Positions 45,830 through 55,399 of a DNA stretch of 57,827 nucleotides are shown here, piece after piece (within the stretch, counting starts at the first letter, position 1; each line of letters begins with the position of its first letter). A program made the position numbers and the translations under genes. Source of the DNA: a virus (lineage: Duplodnaviria; Caudoviricetes); the IMG/VR virus record IMGVR_UViG_3300025536_000018, positions 1 through 57,827 of that record. One strand, given 5' to 3'. The notes under the pieces were generated by a model that saw only the letters and a list, made by a program, of their open reading frames with translations, did no database searches and was not told the DNA's origin.

Positions 45830-46719
45830 GCCGCCATCGCCTTTGCCAGTTCGTCCAGTTCGCCTTCGAGCACTTGCATCGCGGGCTTCAGGCCCGTTCC
45901 GCCGTAGCCGGGATACTTGCGGCGGATCAAAGGCTCCGCCACGCACATCCGCTCGGCTATCGGCAGCGCGGCGTTCTCACCTGACCAGATGTTCCACATG
46001 CAATCCATGAGCGGACTGTTCCCGCGTTCCTTCGCCAGGAAGGCGAGCCGCCACGTCAGCTTCAACTCCAGGTCGGGCATGTGATCCAGCCACAGTCCCG
46101 CGCTTCGGCCGCCCACGTTCCAGTAGGTTTGCTTCAGAAGCATGGCGACGTTCGGCGTGAACAGAAGCGAGCGCCGGATGAACTCTTCGGCCAGGCTGAA
46201 GGGCGGGTTGGTCACGATGGCGTCGATGTCGCCGATCTCCCATCCCCACTTCGCCTTCGGGTGCTCTGCGAGAAAGTCCAGGCCGCCATAGCCGTAGCCA
46301 GGATACTCGCGGAGATCGGTGGCGATCACTTCAAAGCCGTGCCATTCGAGCACGCGAGCGAGGCGACCATCGCCGCACGCCGGTTCCCATATCCGCTTGA
46401 TCGGCGAGCCGTCCGGACGCTTCATCGCCTTCAGCGCGGGGATGAGGCTTTCGGTGCCGTCCACGGGCGTCGGATATAGATCGGCTGGCTTGCGCTCCCA
46501 CTTCTTGTAGGACGTGATGATCGCGTCGGCGATGCTCTGCCCCTTTGCGGTGTGCGGGATCGCTTCGATGATGTCGGAAATAACTTCCGGCTCCTTCAAG
46601 CCCTGGTCCCGCGCCGCCTGGCGGAAGCGCGGTTCATCGGTCACATCGGAAGCGAAAGGGTCCGAACAGAACTCATCCCAAAACAGGGATTCAGAGTCGG
46701 CGTCGAAGTAAAGTCTCAT
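45799..46719 (-). CDS. N6-adenine DNA methyltransferase
   Basis: DLYPTP, motif I WEPACGDG, motif IV IVTNPPF. Confidence 0.88.
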   Translation of the reverse strand: MRLYFDADSESLFWDEFCSDPFASDVTDEPRFRQAARDQGLKEPEVISDIIEAIPHTAKGQSIADAIITSYKKWERKPADLYPTPVDGTESLIPALKAMKRPDGSPIKRIWEPACGDGRLARVLEWHGFEVIATDLREYPGYGYGGLDFLAEHPKAKWGWEIGDIDAIVTNPPFSLAEEFIRRSLLFTPNVAMLLKQTYWNVGGRSAGLWLDHMPDLELKLTWRLAFLAKERGNSPLMDCMWNIWSGENAALPIAERMCVAEPLIRRKYPGYGGTGLKPAMQVLEGELDELAKAMAAWDGGNLKAR

Positions 46720-46721
46720 CG

Positions 46722-48887
46722 TCAGTCCTTCCGGTATATCTTGGTTGTCATGCCAGCGGCGTTGAGCGGCATATCGACGCCGCCTTTCCGCATCCACTTC
46801 TTCTTGCGGATCATCTCCACCCGCATGTTCTCATGAGTATGTTCGTTGTCGTTGACGGCTTCCTCCGAGATCGCTTCGTCGTGGACGTGGCCGATCAAGT
46901 AAAAGCCCGCCTTGTGGAGCGCGAGCATCCCTTCGCGGAGCACGTCGCGCGCAATCGCCTGGACGATGTTTTCGATGAACTTGCCGCCGTGGCTGTTGAT
47001 CCGGAGCCACTTCGAGCCGTTCTGTTGCTTCCCCATGTAGGAGATGCTGTCTTTCCAATAGACGTATCGCTCGCCGGTCTCCTTGTCGATCCCCTCCATC
47101 TTCTCGCGACGGATGCGAGGATTCTTGTAGAAGATGCACCGGCCGGAAGGAAGTTCGCACACCAGGTAGGGCTTCGCCATGTAGAAGCGAACCGGGCCGA
47201 CGCGGCGGGTGCCTCCCCGCTTGATGACGCTCTTGATCGCGTCTTCCAGGTCATACCAGCATTGCGGGATTTCCTTATAGACGCGCCGGAAGGTCGCCAC
47301 GTTTTTGTGCGCCTCCTTGCGGCTCATCTCGACGCCCATGTTCTCGGCGTAGCCCCACAGGCCGGTCTTCTTGCCGTCCTTGATGTCGCCGCCGCCCAAG
47401 CGGTAGCCCGCGCCGAGCGTGGCGGGCTTCGCCATCTTCCGCATCTGCTTGGTGACTTCTTCGTAGAGCACCTTGTAGAGTTCGGTCGCGAAATCCTTGT
47501 AGGCGTCCTTGCCCTCGCGGAAGACGTTGAGCAATCGTTCGCAGCGGGCAACCCATCCGATCACCACCGATTCGATGGAGGACAGGTCGCACACTACCAG
47601 CTTCTTGTTCTTCGGCGCTCGCACGGAAGATCGCACCAAACCGGCCAGGGCGTCGAGCGGTTCCTTGCGATAAATCTGCAACGACTCGTAGTCGTTCTGA
47701 CGGATCACGTCCGTCATCTGTTCGAGTATCTTTTCCGACTCGATGTCTCGCATCATCGTCAGGTTTTGCGGCTGAAACCGGCGACCGGCGAAGCGGCCGG
47801 TGCGGCTGGCACCACAGAACTGGAAGACGTAGCGCATCCGGCCGTCCGTCCCCATAGCTGTAAGGAGCGCCTGGTATTTGCTGGTGCTGGTGCGCGCCTG
47901 TTGCTGCCGGAGCTTCAGCACCGCGACGGCGCGCTTCGTCAGCGTGTCCGGATAGAGTTCGTCCTTCTCCTTCTTCAACTCGCCAGTCTGGATTCCCTTC
48001 CAGGCGGTCAGCACCTTCTTGACCGAATCCTTCTGGAGATCGTTGAACGGATAGCCGCGTGCCTGGAGCCACGGCAATAGCTGTGCGGGCGATCCGGGAT
48101 TAGCCAGGCCGGTCTTCTGCCGCATCCGCTCCAGGAGTTCGTCCTTGCGGAGATTGGCCATGGCCAGGGCGTTTTCCGCGAAGATGCGGTCAATAGGCAA
48201 GCCCCGGTCGTTGATTATCTGGTCGAGCGCGTAGAACTCCCACTCGCGCGCCGGGATCGGATACTTCGGCTTGTCGAGAAGACGCTTGATCTCGCACTCG
48301 GCTTCCACGTCTCGGATGTTGTATTCGATGAACATGCGCCATTCGACCGGGTGCGTCTCGGCCGTGAAGCGTCGGTGCGGCTGGTTCGCCGTCACCCGTT
48401 GCGGCATGGAGAACAGCTTCATGAGCCGCTTGCCTGTGTCGAGCTTGATCTTATCTTGCTCGATTCCCATCTGCCGCGCGATCATGCCGAGATCGCCGGT
48501 AAAGCTGTGCATGTATGCCAGGACCATCGTGCAGCGCCACCGCTCCATGCGCGGATGGATGTTGAGCACGCGGTTCATGATGACGCGCTCGAATTGCGCG
48601 TTGAACGCCCATATCAGGGTGTTGTCATCGTCCAGGGCTTGCCGGAGCTTCTTCGGCATCGGCTCATTGGTGGCGTCCCAATGGCGAACGGGGCCATCGT
48701 CCAAGCGCCAAGCGCACATGAGCACTTCGCATGACGGATGGCTAGAATATAGATCGAGTCCGAACTTGCGAAGGTCGATGTCGCAATAGGTTTCAAAGTC
48801 GATTGATAGGGCGCGCGGGACCACTTCGTCGTCAGGGATATCCCAACGTCCGAACCGTTCTTCGAGTTGTCCGCGTCTAAGTGCCAC
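46722..48887 (-). CDS. DNA polymerase family A with 3'-5' exonuclease
   Basis: SIDFET, AFNAQFER, motif A DLSSIE, motif B K...LGAGY, motif C HVHDE. Confidence 0.93.
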   Translation of the reverse strand: MALRRGQLEERFGRWDIPDDEVVPRALSIDFETYCDIDLRKFGLDLYSSHPSCEVLMCAWRLDDGPVRHWDATNEPMPKKLRQALDDDNTLIWAFNAQFERVIMNRVLNIHPRMERWRCTMVLAYMHSFTGDLGMIARQMGIEQDKIKLDTGKRLMKLFSMPQRVTANQPHRRFTAETHPVEWRMFIEYNIRDVEAECEIKRLLDKPKYPIPAREWEFYALDQIINDRGLPIDRIFAENALAMANLRKDELLERMRQKTGLANPGSPAQLLPWLQARGYPFNDLQKDSVKKVLTAWKGIQTGELKKEKDELYPDTLTKRAVAVLKLRQQQARTSTSKYQALLTAMGTDGRMRYVFQFCGASRTGRFAGRRFQPQNLTMMRDIESEKILEQMTDVIRQNDYESLQIYRKEPLDALAGLVRSSVRAPKNKKLVVCDLSSIESVVIGWVARCERLLNVFREGKDAYKDFATELYKVLYEEVTKQMRKMAKPATLGAGYRLGGGDIKDGKKTGLWGYAENMGVEMSRKEAHKNVATFRRVYKEIPQCWYDLEDAIKSVIKRGGTRRVGPVRFYMAKPYLVCELPSGRCIFYKNPRIRREKMEGIDKETGERYVYWKDSISYMGKQQNGSKWLRINSHGGKFIENIVQAIARDVLREGMLALHKAGFYLIGHVHDEAISEEAVNDNEHTHENMRVEMIRKKKWMRKGGVDMPLNAAGMTTKIYRKD

Positions 48888-48992
48888 TGGAAGTTACTTC
48901 CGAAGAAAGTGGAGAGGGTGAACGTCACCGGCCGACTGGAGCCTATAATACTGCTATCGCCGTCGCGGAACGCCACCCCCTCCTGTTACGAA

Positions 48993-49790
48993 TTAGATGT
49001 CGTCGTCTTCGTCATCGTCATCGTAGTCATTCGACCGCTTCTTCGACTTCGGCTTGGTCTTCGACTTCCGCGCGGGACGATCATCGTCATCGTCATCGTC
49101 ATCGTCGTCGTCGCGCGAGCGCTTCGACTTCGACTTCTTGGCGGGACGGTCATCATCGTCGTCGTCATCGTAGGAGCCATCGTCGTCATCGTCGTCGTCA
49201 TAGGACCGGAAGGTGTCGTCCAGGTCATCATCCGACAGGCGGCCTTCGCCGAACTCTTCGTCCTTCATGAGGAACTGGACAGACGACAGGCCCGCGTTGA
49301 CACGCTTGCCCCAATCGTTGTTCATGAACCACGGACGGATGAGCACGGCACCCCAAAATCCGGGACGGAACACATCGCCAGCGTCTTCCGGGTCCACGAC
49401 TTCGTTGCGCCGGTCGCGCAGCGGAGGCCGCCGCTCTTCCCGTGCATTGACCGTCATGAAGCCTTCGTATTCGTCCTGGTCCGAATCGTCGCCGTCCCGC
49501 ATGAAGATGCGATCCGACTTCAGCTTCTTGATCTTGTTCTCCTTCAGGAGTTCGTCAATCCGCTCTTGGACCAGTTCGATTGCCGCCGCGTGCGTCTTCT
49601 TGCCGAGCAGCGACACGATGGAGAACTTGGCTTTGCCTTCGTCGCCCTTCTTCTTCCAGGGCTTGTCGAGATGCGGATAGGAGAACCGCACCCATTCGAT
49701 GAAGATAGTGCCGTCAGCGTAGAGGATCGCAAAACCCTTCTGCCCCTTCGGACCCTTCACCGTCACCTTTTTCACGACTTCGCGTGCCAT
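48993..49790 (-). CDS. ssDNA-binding protein (DUF2815/gp2.5-like) with a long acidic tail
   Basis: VRFSYPHL..P, RDGD, L.SVQF.KD.E.FG. Confidence 0.85.
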   Translation of the reverse strand: MAREVVKKVTVKGPKGQKGFAILYADGTIFIEWVRFSYPHLDKPWKKKGDEGKAKFSIVSLLGKKTHAAAIELVQERIDELLKENKIKKLKSDRIFMRDGDDSDQDEYEGFMTVNAREERRPPLRDRRNEVVDPEDAGDVFRPGFWGAVLIRPWFMNNDWGKRVNAGLSSVQFLMKDEEFGEGRLSDDDLDDTFRSYDDDDDDDGSYDDDDDDDRPAKKSKSKRSRDDDDDDDDDDDRPARKSKTKPKSKKRSNDYDDDDEDDDI

Positions 49791-49809
49791 CGTATTTACC
49801 TTTCTCTCG

Positions 49810-51204
49810 TTATTCGGTGTCCAGATCGTCATGATTCCGGAACACATCGGTATCCTTCGGCAAAGCCTTCCTACGGTCGGACTTTTGCGCCAGGGTCTTC
49901 TGACCGGGCGGTTGCACGGCCAGTCCTGCTTCGGCCAAGAGCTTCTTGGCATCCACAAGTTTCATCTTCAGCTTTGTGTGAAGCATACGCTCCATCTCGG
50001 CCGGAGATAGCATGACGGTTTTGAACATATACCGCCGTTTAAGTCCCGCTTCCTCCAGGGTCTCAACGATGAAGTCTTCATCGTCAACCCATTTGCGGAG
50101 CGTGCGGCCCATAACCAGTTTCCACCAGGTAAGCTCTTCTTCGTCGGAGATCGCCCGATCAAGTAGCTCCGCCTGGATCGCGTTGAAGAAGTTCTCCATC
50201 AACTTGCGGTAGCGAAGTAACTTCTCCATCGCCTTGGTGTTGAGTTCGGCTGGCTTCGGGAGATCGGGGAAGGGCGACGGCGCGAACTCATCCAGGATGA
50301 CCGCGTTAGCTCCTTGCATCCGCTCTTCGGAAATAACTTCCTCCCACTCGCCTTCGATCACGTCTTCGTCGTCATCGTGGTTGCGAAAGCCAGCGTCGGC
50401 GGTCTCTTCCGCCATGAACAGATACAGGGCGGGGCACTTGGCACGGATCGCGCACCATCGGCAACCCTTGATCGACGGCACGCGGCCCTTCGGGTTGGCC
50501 CATGTGTATGCCCACTTCGAGCGGATCATATCGGCGAACTCGATAAGCTCTTGGCGCGAGATCGTCACTTCGCTGTAGCCGTGCGTCAGGCGCGGCTGGC
50601 TAATGCAAAGGGTAATCTCCTGGAAGTTGTAGAGCCAATCGAACTCCAGGAAGACGCCCCAAGCGTAGATGCCGAGTTGCTTGTTAATCGTCTCTGTGAC
50701 CGGATCGAAGGCCAGGACCGGCTCCTTGCCATACTTCAGGTCCACGATCTTGATCCAGCCTGGCCCCATGCCGCCGAAGTCGAGCGTGCCGCCCTGGTCG
50801 GGAATCGGCGTCAGGTCGGAGATGTCCACATGCCGTTCGGTGAAGCTCTCTTCGGAGATCGCCGCGAGCGCCTGGCAGCGGCGCACGAAGTCCCCGACGA
50901 ACTCCATCATCTCTTCGTCAATGTCGATGGTGAAGTCTTTAACGGTGCGCGTGCGGCCGATCCAGCGATCCGGTCGGCGGCCGGTCTTCAACCAGCGCTC
51001 CGCGAGCCAATGCGCGACCGTGCCGGTTGCCGAATCAATGTTGGTATCGTCTTCAGCCAGGGCGTTGATAACCAGGCTCTCCGGACAGGTCGTTGTCATC
51101 TCCGCGCCGGAAGGTGAGAATACGCTGTGCCCGCCTGCCATCTTCTTGGCGATTTGAGCGGCCGTCAGGGGGCCACGGATGGCTGGTAGCTTATGCTCGC
51201 TCAC
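49810..51204 (-). CDS. DUF2800 PD-(D/E)XK (Cas4-like) exonuclease
   Basis: HSVFSPS, GTVAH, GGTLD, IVDLKYG, QL.IYA, CRWC....C. Confidence 0.88.
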   Translation of the reverse strand: MSEHKLPAIRGPLTAAQIAKKMAGGHSVFSPSGAEMTTTCPESLVINALAEDDTNIDSATGTVAHWLAERWLKTGRRPDRWIGRTRTVKDFTIDIDEEMMEFVGDFVRRCQALAAISEESFTERHVDISDLTPIPDQGGTLDFGGMGPGWIKIVDLKYGKEPVLAFDPVTETINKQLGIYAWGVFLEFDWLYNFQEITLCISQPRLTHGYSEVTISRQELIEFADMIRSKWAYTWANPKGRVPSIKGCRWCAIRAKCPALYLFMAEETADAGFRNHDDDEDVIEGEWEEVISEERMQGANAVILDEFAPSPFPDLPKPAELNTKAMEKLLRYRKLMENFFNAIQAELLDRAISDEEELTWWKLVMGRTLRKWVDDEDFIVETLEEAGLKRRYMFKTVMLSPAEMERMLHTKLKMKLVDAKKLLAEAGLAVQPPGQKTLAQKSDRRKALPKDTDVFRNHDDLDTE

Positions 51205-51740
51205 AAGTCGTCGTCCTCATCCGGCGCGGCCGGGATCGGTTGCGGATAGTCGATTGCGCCGCTCTGGATGTTTTCCCAATGCGCGGCGGCGACATCGGAC
51301 GGCTCGGCGGAAAGCGGCTCCACGATCTTGTAGCGCCGTAGCACATCGGCGAGAGAATCCAAGACCCGCTCCAGCCGATCTTCCCGAACGCGGGCGGAGG
51401 CGAGAGCTTCGGCGAGCAATTCGCACTCAATCTCCAAGCAGCACGCCGCGATGAACGGAGATGACCGCTCAAACTTCTGGACCGCCTTGACCACGGCCGC
51501 CATAGGGTTGGGATCGTAGGCGTTGCAATGCTTGACGATGTAGTATTGACCGGAGGCGAATTGCTCGACGGTCTCGATCTCGGCCGTGTAGAGGCGGCCG
51601 GTGTAGCTGTAGTGGCAATTGAAGGTGAAGCCCGCTTGGCGGAGAGCGCGCAACAACGCGCTGTAGCTGTCCCGGCTGGAGTAACGCGCATAGCGTTCGT
51701 CCGGATGCCAGAACTTGCCCTTGATGTAGCCGAGCGACAT
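51201..51740 (-). CDS. Hypothetical protein
   Basis: ORF in the replication operon; start MSLGYIKG. Confidence 0.7.
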   Translation of the reverse strand: MSLGYIKGKFWHPDERYARYSSRDSYSALLRALRQAGFTFNCHYSYTGRLYTAEIETVEQFASGQYYIVKHCNAYDPNPMAAVVKAVQKFERSSPFIAACCLEIECELLAEALASARVREDRLERVLDSLADVLRRYKIVEPLSAEPSDVAAAHWENIQSGAIDYPQPIPAAPDEDDDL

Positions 51741-51859
51741 GCGACTTTCCCGTTCCACGAAGTAACTTCCGATCTGCGATTTTCGCTAAGGCCCCGCTGA
51801 CCGGGGAGACAAGGCCCCGCCCGACTGGCGAGCGAGGCCCTGTGATCCGTTACCGACGA

Positions 51860-52300
51860 TTAAACGTCGTCGTCATCGTCGTCATCATCGGCTTCGATGA
51901 TGGCTTCGGCGAAGTCGAACGCGGCGTCGTAGAGTTCCGGCTTGGTGAGAAGTTCCGCCAGGTCTTCACATTCGACCTTGGCGAGATACTTCTTGCACTT
52001 CGGCTTGTCGATCTTCGCCGCCTTGCGGAAGATGGAGCCGACTTCATCTTCGTCGTGCTCCGGCTCGGCGGCCTTCTTCTTGGCCGGAGCCTTCTTGGCC
52101 GGAGCCTTCTTCGCGGGCGCTTCGTCCGCATCATCGTCGTCGTCATCGTCGTCGTCGGCGGCAGCGGCCTTGGCCGATGCCTTCTTGGCGGGAGCCGCCT
52201 TCTCGGCGGCCTTGGTCCCGGCCGCTGTGCCGTTCTTCTCGATGGCCTGGCGAAGGGCAACGACTTCCTTCGTCAGTGCCTCGATTTTTTCTTCCAACAT
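51860..52300 (-). CDS. Low-complexity AKK/acidic protein
   Basis: GGAGG RBS; MLEEKIEALT coiled N-terminus. Confidence 0.75.
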   Translation of the reverse strand: MLEEKIEALTKEVVALRQAIEKNGTAAGTKAAEKAAPAKKASAKAAAADDDDDDDDDADEAPAKKAPAKKAPAKKKAAEPEHDEDEVGSIFRKAAKIDKPKCKKYLAKVECEDLAELLTKPELYDAAFDFAEAIIEADDDDDDDDV

Positions 52301-52353
52301 GCTGATTGCCTCCAATTGGTAGGTTGCCCCGGTTTGATCCGAAGACGGCTGAC

Positions 52354-52382
52354 GGTCTAAACGGGGGAAAAGCCTCTGTCAA
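52354..52382 (-). promoter_or_regulatory. Sigma70-type promoter for the replication operon
   Basis: TTGACA-17 nt-TAGACC in the divergent intergenic region. Confidence 0.6.
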
Positions 52383-52453
52383 CCGGAAATATATCTTGCG
52401 TTAACCCTGTGTCTTCGGGCATAGCCACCGGGGACCGTATCAGGCGAGGCACC

Positions 52454-52735
52454 ATGTCTAGTAGTTCATATTGGCCCAAGCCCCCAAGGCTTGTAGGCAC
52501 CACCGATTCGAGAGAGCTTGTCCGCTGGCATTTGCGCCTGGCGATCATCTGCATGGATGACGCTTCGGCCACCACCCTGGCCAACAAGCTCGGCGTTACC
52601 CCCAACACCGTCCATCTTGCCGTCCACCGTGGCAGTTGCACCGACGATCTCGCGAAGCGGATAGAGAAGCTGTTCGGTCGGGAATACTTCCCGCGCGAGC
52701 TTTTCGTCTCGGAGCCTGACCTTCCGGTGGAGTGA
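52454..52735 (+). CDS. Cro-like HTH protein
   Basis: ATTLANKLGVTPNTVHLAVHRG...LAKRIE; GAGG RBS. Confidence 0.75.
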   Translation: MSSSSYWPKPPRLVGTTDSRELVRWHLRLAIICMDDASATTLANKLGVTPNTVHLAVHRGSCTDDLAKRIEKLFGREYFPRELFVSEPDLPVE

Positions 52736-52741
52736 TTCGCG

Positions 52742-55210
52742 GTGCCAACCAAGTATCTACAAAAATATGCGCTGCGAGTAGTCGAAAACGGATACGACAT
52801 CTGTTTCATTCGGCCGGGAGAGAAGCGCCCCTTCGGGAAAGATTGGGAGGCCAAGCGGCACGGCCCCAAGCGGATCGCATCGGCTATAGAGGCCGGTCGC
52901 GGTGACTTCGGCATAGGGATCAAAACGCGGGAGACGCCTGGCGTCGATATCGACTGCTACGACGAAGAGCTTGTCGATCACATGATCCGGGTCACGGGGG
53001 AACTGTGCGGCGAAACTCTCCAGCGCGTCGGCCTCGCCCCCAAGACGCTCCTGGTCTATCGCTCCGAAGACCCGTTCCCCAAGACGCAATCGAAGGTCTT
53101 CATTGACGACGAAGGCCGGTCGGTGAAGCTGGAAGTGTTGAGCGACGGCCAGCAATTCGTGGCGCTCCACATCCACCCTGACACGAACAAGCCCTATCGC
53201 TGGAAAGACAAGCGTTCCGTGCTCGACGTGGCGCAAGACGAACTGCCGGTGATCGAACATGACGATGCCCTGGAGATCGTCGCCGAGTTCGAGCGCCAGG
53301 CCCGCAAGCGCGGCTGGCAGGAGAAGAGCACCGTCAAGCGGCTAACCGATCAACGTAGCCGGGGCAAGGAATACAACTACGACGATCCCTTCATCTCGGA
53401 CAAGTCGAAGGTCGATCTCTCGCCGGAGCAATTGCTGAAGAAGCTCCACAGCGTCCCCAACGCTGACGACTATGACACCTGGTTCCATGTTGGCATGGCG
53501 CTCTACCACCAGTTTGACGGCTCCGATGAGGGCTTGATGATGTGGCATGAGTGGTCGGCGACCGCGCCGAACTACGACATGGACGCGCTGGATGAGAAGT
53601 GGCCGACCTTCGATGTCGAAGGCAAGAAGCGCGAGCCGATCACCGCTCGATTCATCCTGAAGCAAGCCGTCGCCGAGGAAGAGCGGCTGGCAGGAGAGGA
53701 ACTGGATGAGATCAAGGACGATATCCGTAATGCGGGCGACCACCGCGAGTTCCAGTCGGTGATGGACAAGATCAAGCACCTGGCCTTCTCGCCGATGATC
53801 CGAGAGTCCCTGGTCGTGATGCTGAAGGAGCGGATCAAGAAGGCGACGGACGTGATGATGCCGGTGACGATGATCCGTCGCGCCATTGCGTTCGAGAATC
53901 CGGAGCATCGGTCGACTCCCGCCTGGCTCCGCGATTGGGTCTTCATCCAACAGGACGAAACCTTCTATCACGTCAAAACCAGGCAAGTGCTGTCCACCAA
54001 GGCGTTCGATCTATCGTTCGGCCGGTTCCTCCTGACGAAGAAAGACATCCTGGAGGGCCTGTCCACGCCGGAGCACTCGGCCTCGCATGTCGCCGTTCAC
54101 CGCTACCAGATACCAGCCGTCGCGAACAAGATGTATGTGCCGTGGGAGGACCAGTTCTTCGACGCCAACAAGCTAAGCTATGTGAATAGCTACAGCGATG
54201 CGACCGTGCCGCACGACATCCCGGAGACGTTGAGCGCCAAGCAGCGCAAGCTGTGCGAGCGCGTGGAACGCCACCTGGAGCACCTATTCCGCAATGATCG
54301 CGACCGGAAGTTACTTCTTAGCTGGTTGGCCTACATCGTGCAGACTGGCGGCAAGGTGAACTGGTCTCCGGTCGTCCAGGGTGTCGAGAACGATGGCAAG
54401 AGCTTCTTCGGCCGCATGATGGCGGCGGTGATCGGCGGCGAGAACGTCAACGTCATCAACGGGGACGCCTTCAGCGAGCAATATACGCCGTGGGCGGAGG
54501 GTTGCCAGTTCCTCATGGTGGAGGAAGTCCGGTTGCACGGGCAGGATCGCTTCGCCGTAATCAACAAGGTGAAGCCCTACATCTCGAACGACATGGTTTC
54601 GATCCGCCGCATGAGGACGGACACCTACAAGGTCATCAACACCGTCAACTACTTCCTGACGACGAACCACAAAGACGGCGTGCCGGTCAACGAGAACTCG
54701 ACGCGCTACTTCCCGATGTTCTCGCGCTGGCAGACAAAGCGAGCGCTCGACAAGTTCAACGCGGCGAATCCGGACTACTATGTGAAGTTGCACGAAGTCT
54801 TGGACCACCCGGAAGTGTTGCGCCGCTGGCTCCTGGACTACGAGCTTCACGAAGAGTTCGATCCGATCACCCGCGCAACCGAAAGCTCCAGCCTCAACGA
54901 GATGCGGTATCTCAACCAAACCGAAGAGGAAGAGGGCCTGGCCGAGATACTGGACGGCAGCGACGATCCGGAGCTTTGCCGGGAACTGGTCAATTCGGCC
55001 AGGCTCGCCGACGCAATGCAGGACAAGGGCATCCCGGTCCCCTACGGGCAGGCGTGGAAGCGCTTGATGTCGGAGCGTGGCTTCACGCCGCTCGGCAAGG
55101 TCAAGGTCGGCGGGAAGTCGGCTACCTATTGGAGCCAGGAGCCGGATCAATTCATGATCGGCGACAAGACGGACACACAAGCGATCCGCGATTGGGTTGA
55201 GCCGATCTAA
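52742..55210 (+). CDS. Primase-polymerase/PriCT-2/SF3-type helicase fusion
   Basis: GEKRP, GVDID, GQQFVA..IHPDT.KPY.W; YDTWFHVGMAL..WHEWS; G.ENDGKS, VEEV, TTNH. Confidence 0.9.
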   Translation: MPTKYLQKYALRVVENGYDICFIRPGEKRPFGKDWEAKRHGPKRIASAIEAGRGDFGIGIKTRETPGVDIDCYDEELVDHMIRVTGELCGETLQRVGLAPKTLLVYRSEDPFPKTQSKVFIDDEGRSVKLEVLSDGQQFVALHIHPDTNKPYRWKDKRSVLDVAQDELPVIEHDDALEIVAEFERQARKRGWQEKSTVKRLTDQRSRGKEYNYDDPFISDKSKVDLSPEQLLKKLHSVPNADDYDTWFHVGMALYHQFDGSDEGLMMWHEWSATAPNYDMDALDEKWPTFDVEGKKREPITARFILKQAVAEEERLAGEELDEIKDDIRNAGDHREFQSVMDKIKHLAFSPMIRESLVVMLKERIKKATDVMMPVTMIRRAIAFENPEHRSTPAWLRDWVFIQQDETFYHVKTRQVLSTKAFDLSFGRFLLTKKDILEGLSTPEHSASHVAVHRYQIPAVANKMYVPWEDQFFDANKLSYVNSYSDATVPHDIPETLSAKQRKLCERVERHLEHLFRNDRDRKLLLSWLAYIVQTGGKVNWSPVVQGVENDGKSFFGRMMAAVIGGENVNVINGDAFSEQYTPWAEGCQFLMVEEVRLHGQDRFAVINKVKPYISNDMVSIRRMRTDTYKVINTVNYFLTTNHKDGVPVNENSTRYFPMFSRWQTKRALDKFNAANPDYYVKLHEVLDHPEVLRRWLLDYELHEEFDPITRATESSSLNEMRYLNQTEEEEGLAEILDGSDDPELCRELVNSARLADAMQDKGIPVPYGQAWKRLMSERGFTPLGKVKVGGKSATYWSQEPDQFMIGDKTDTQAIRDWVEPI

Positions 55211-55213
55211 AGG

Positions 55214-55253
55214 AAAACGCCCCGCCGATCCGTGGGAGTGGATTGGCGGGGCG
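55214..55253 (-). terminator. Terminator between convergent genes
   Basis: CGCCCCGCCGATCC...GGATTGGCGGGGCG with a T-tract on the minus strand. Confidence 0.7.
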
Positions 55254-55399
55254 CTGCGACCCGGAGGCTCACCCTCCGTGGGGGTATCTGGCACCTGGCT
55301 ACTGTAGTTCGGTCGTCTTCCGGCTTTGTAGGCCCTATCCGTTACCACGCTTGTCATGCCGCCAGGCAGGCCGCGTCCGAGTCGTATAGACGATCCCGC

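Noticed and set aside
8232-48080. Long antisense or alternate-frame ORFs (e.g. 8232..9851, 14420..15751, 26741..28276, 28304..29926, 30960..32561, 33907..35448, 46833..48080)
   Set aside because: They are shadows of GC3-biased real genes on the opposite strand, with no RBS and no recognisable motifs
48993-49210. TCG/TCA trinucleotide runs as microsatellites
   Set aside because: They simply encode poly-Asp tails, as at 33903, 36560 and 52130
49810-51204. Cas4-like nuclease as a sign of CRISPR
   Set aside because: No repeat-spacer array or other cas genes; DUF2800 is a standard member of this replication module
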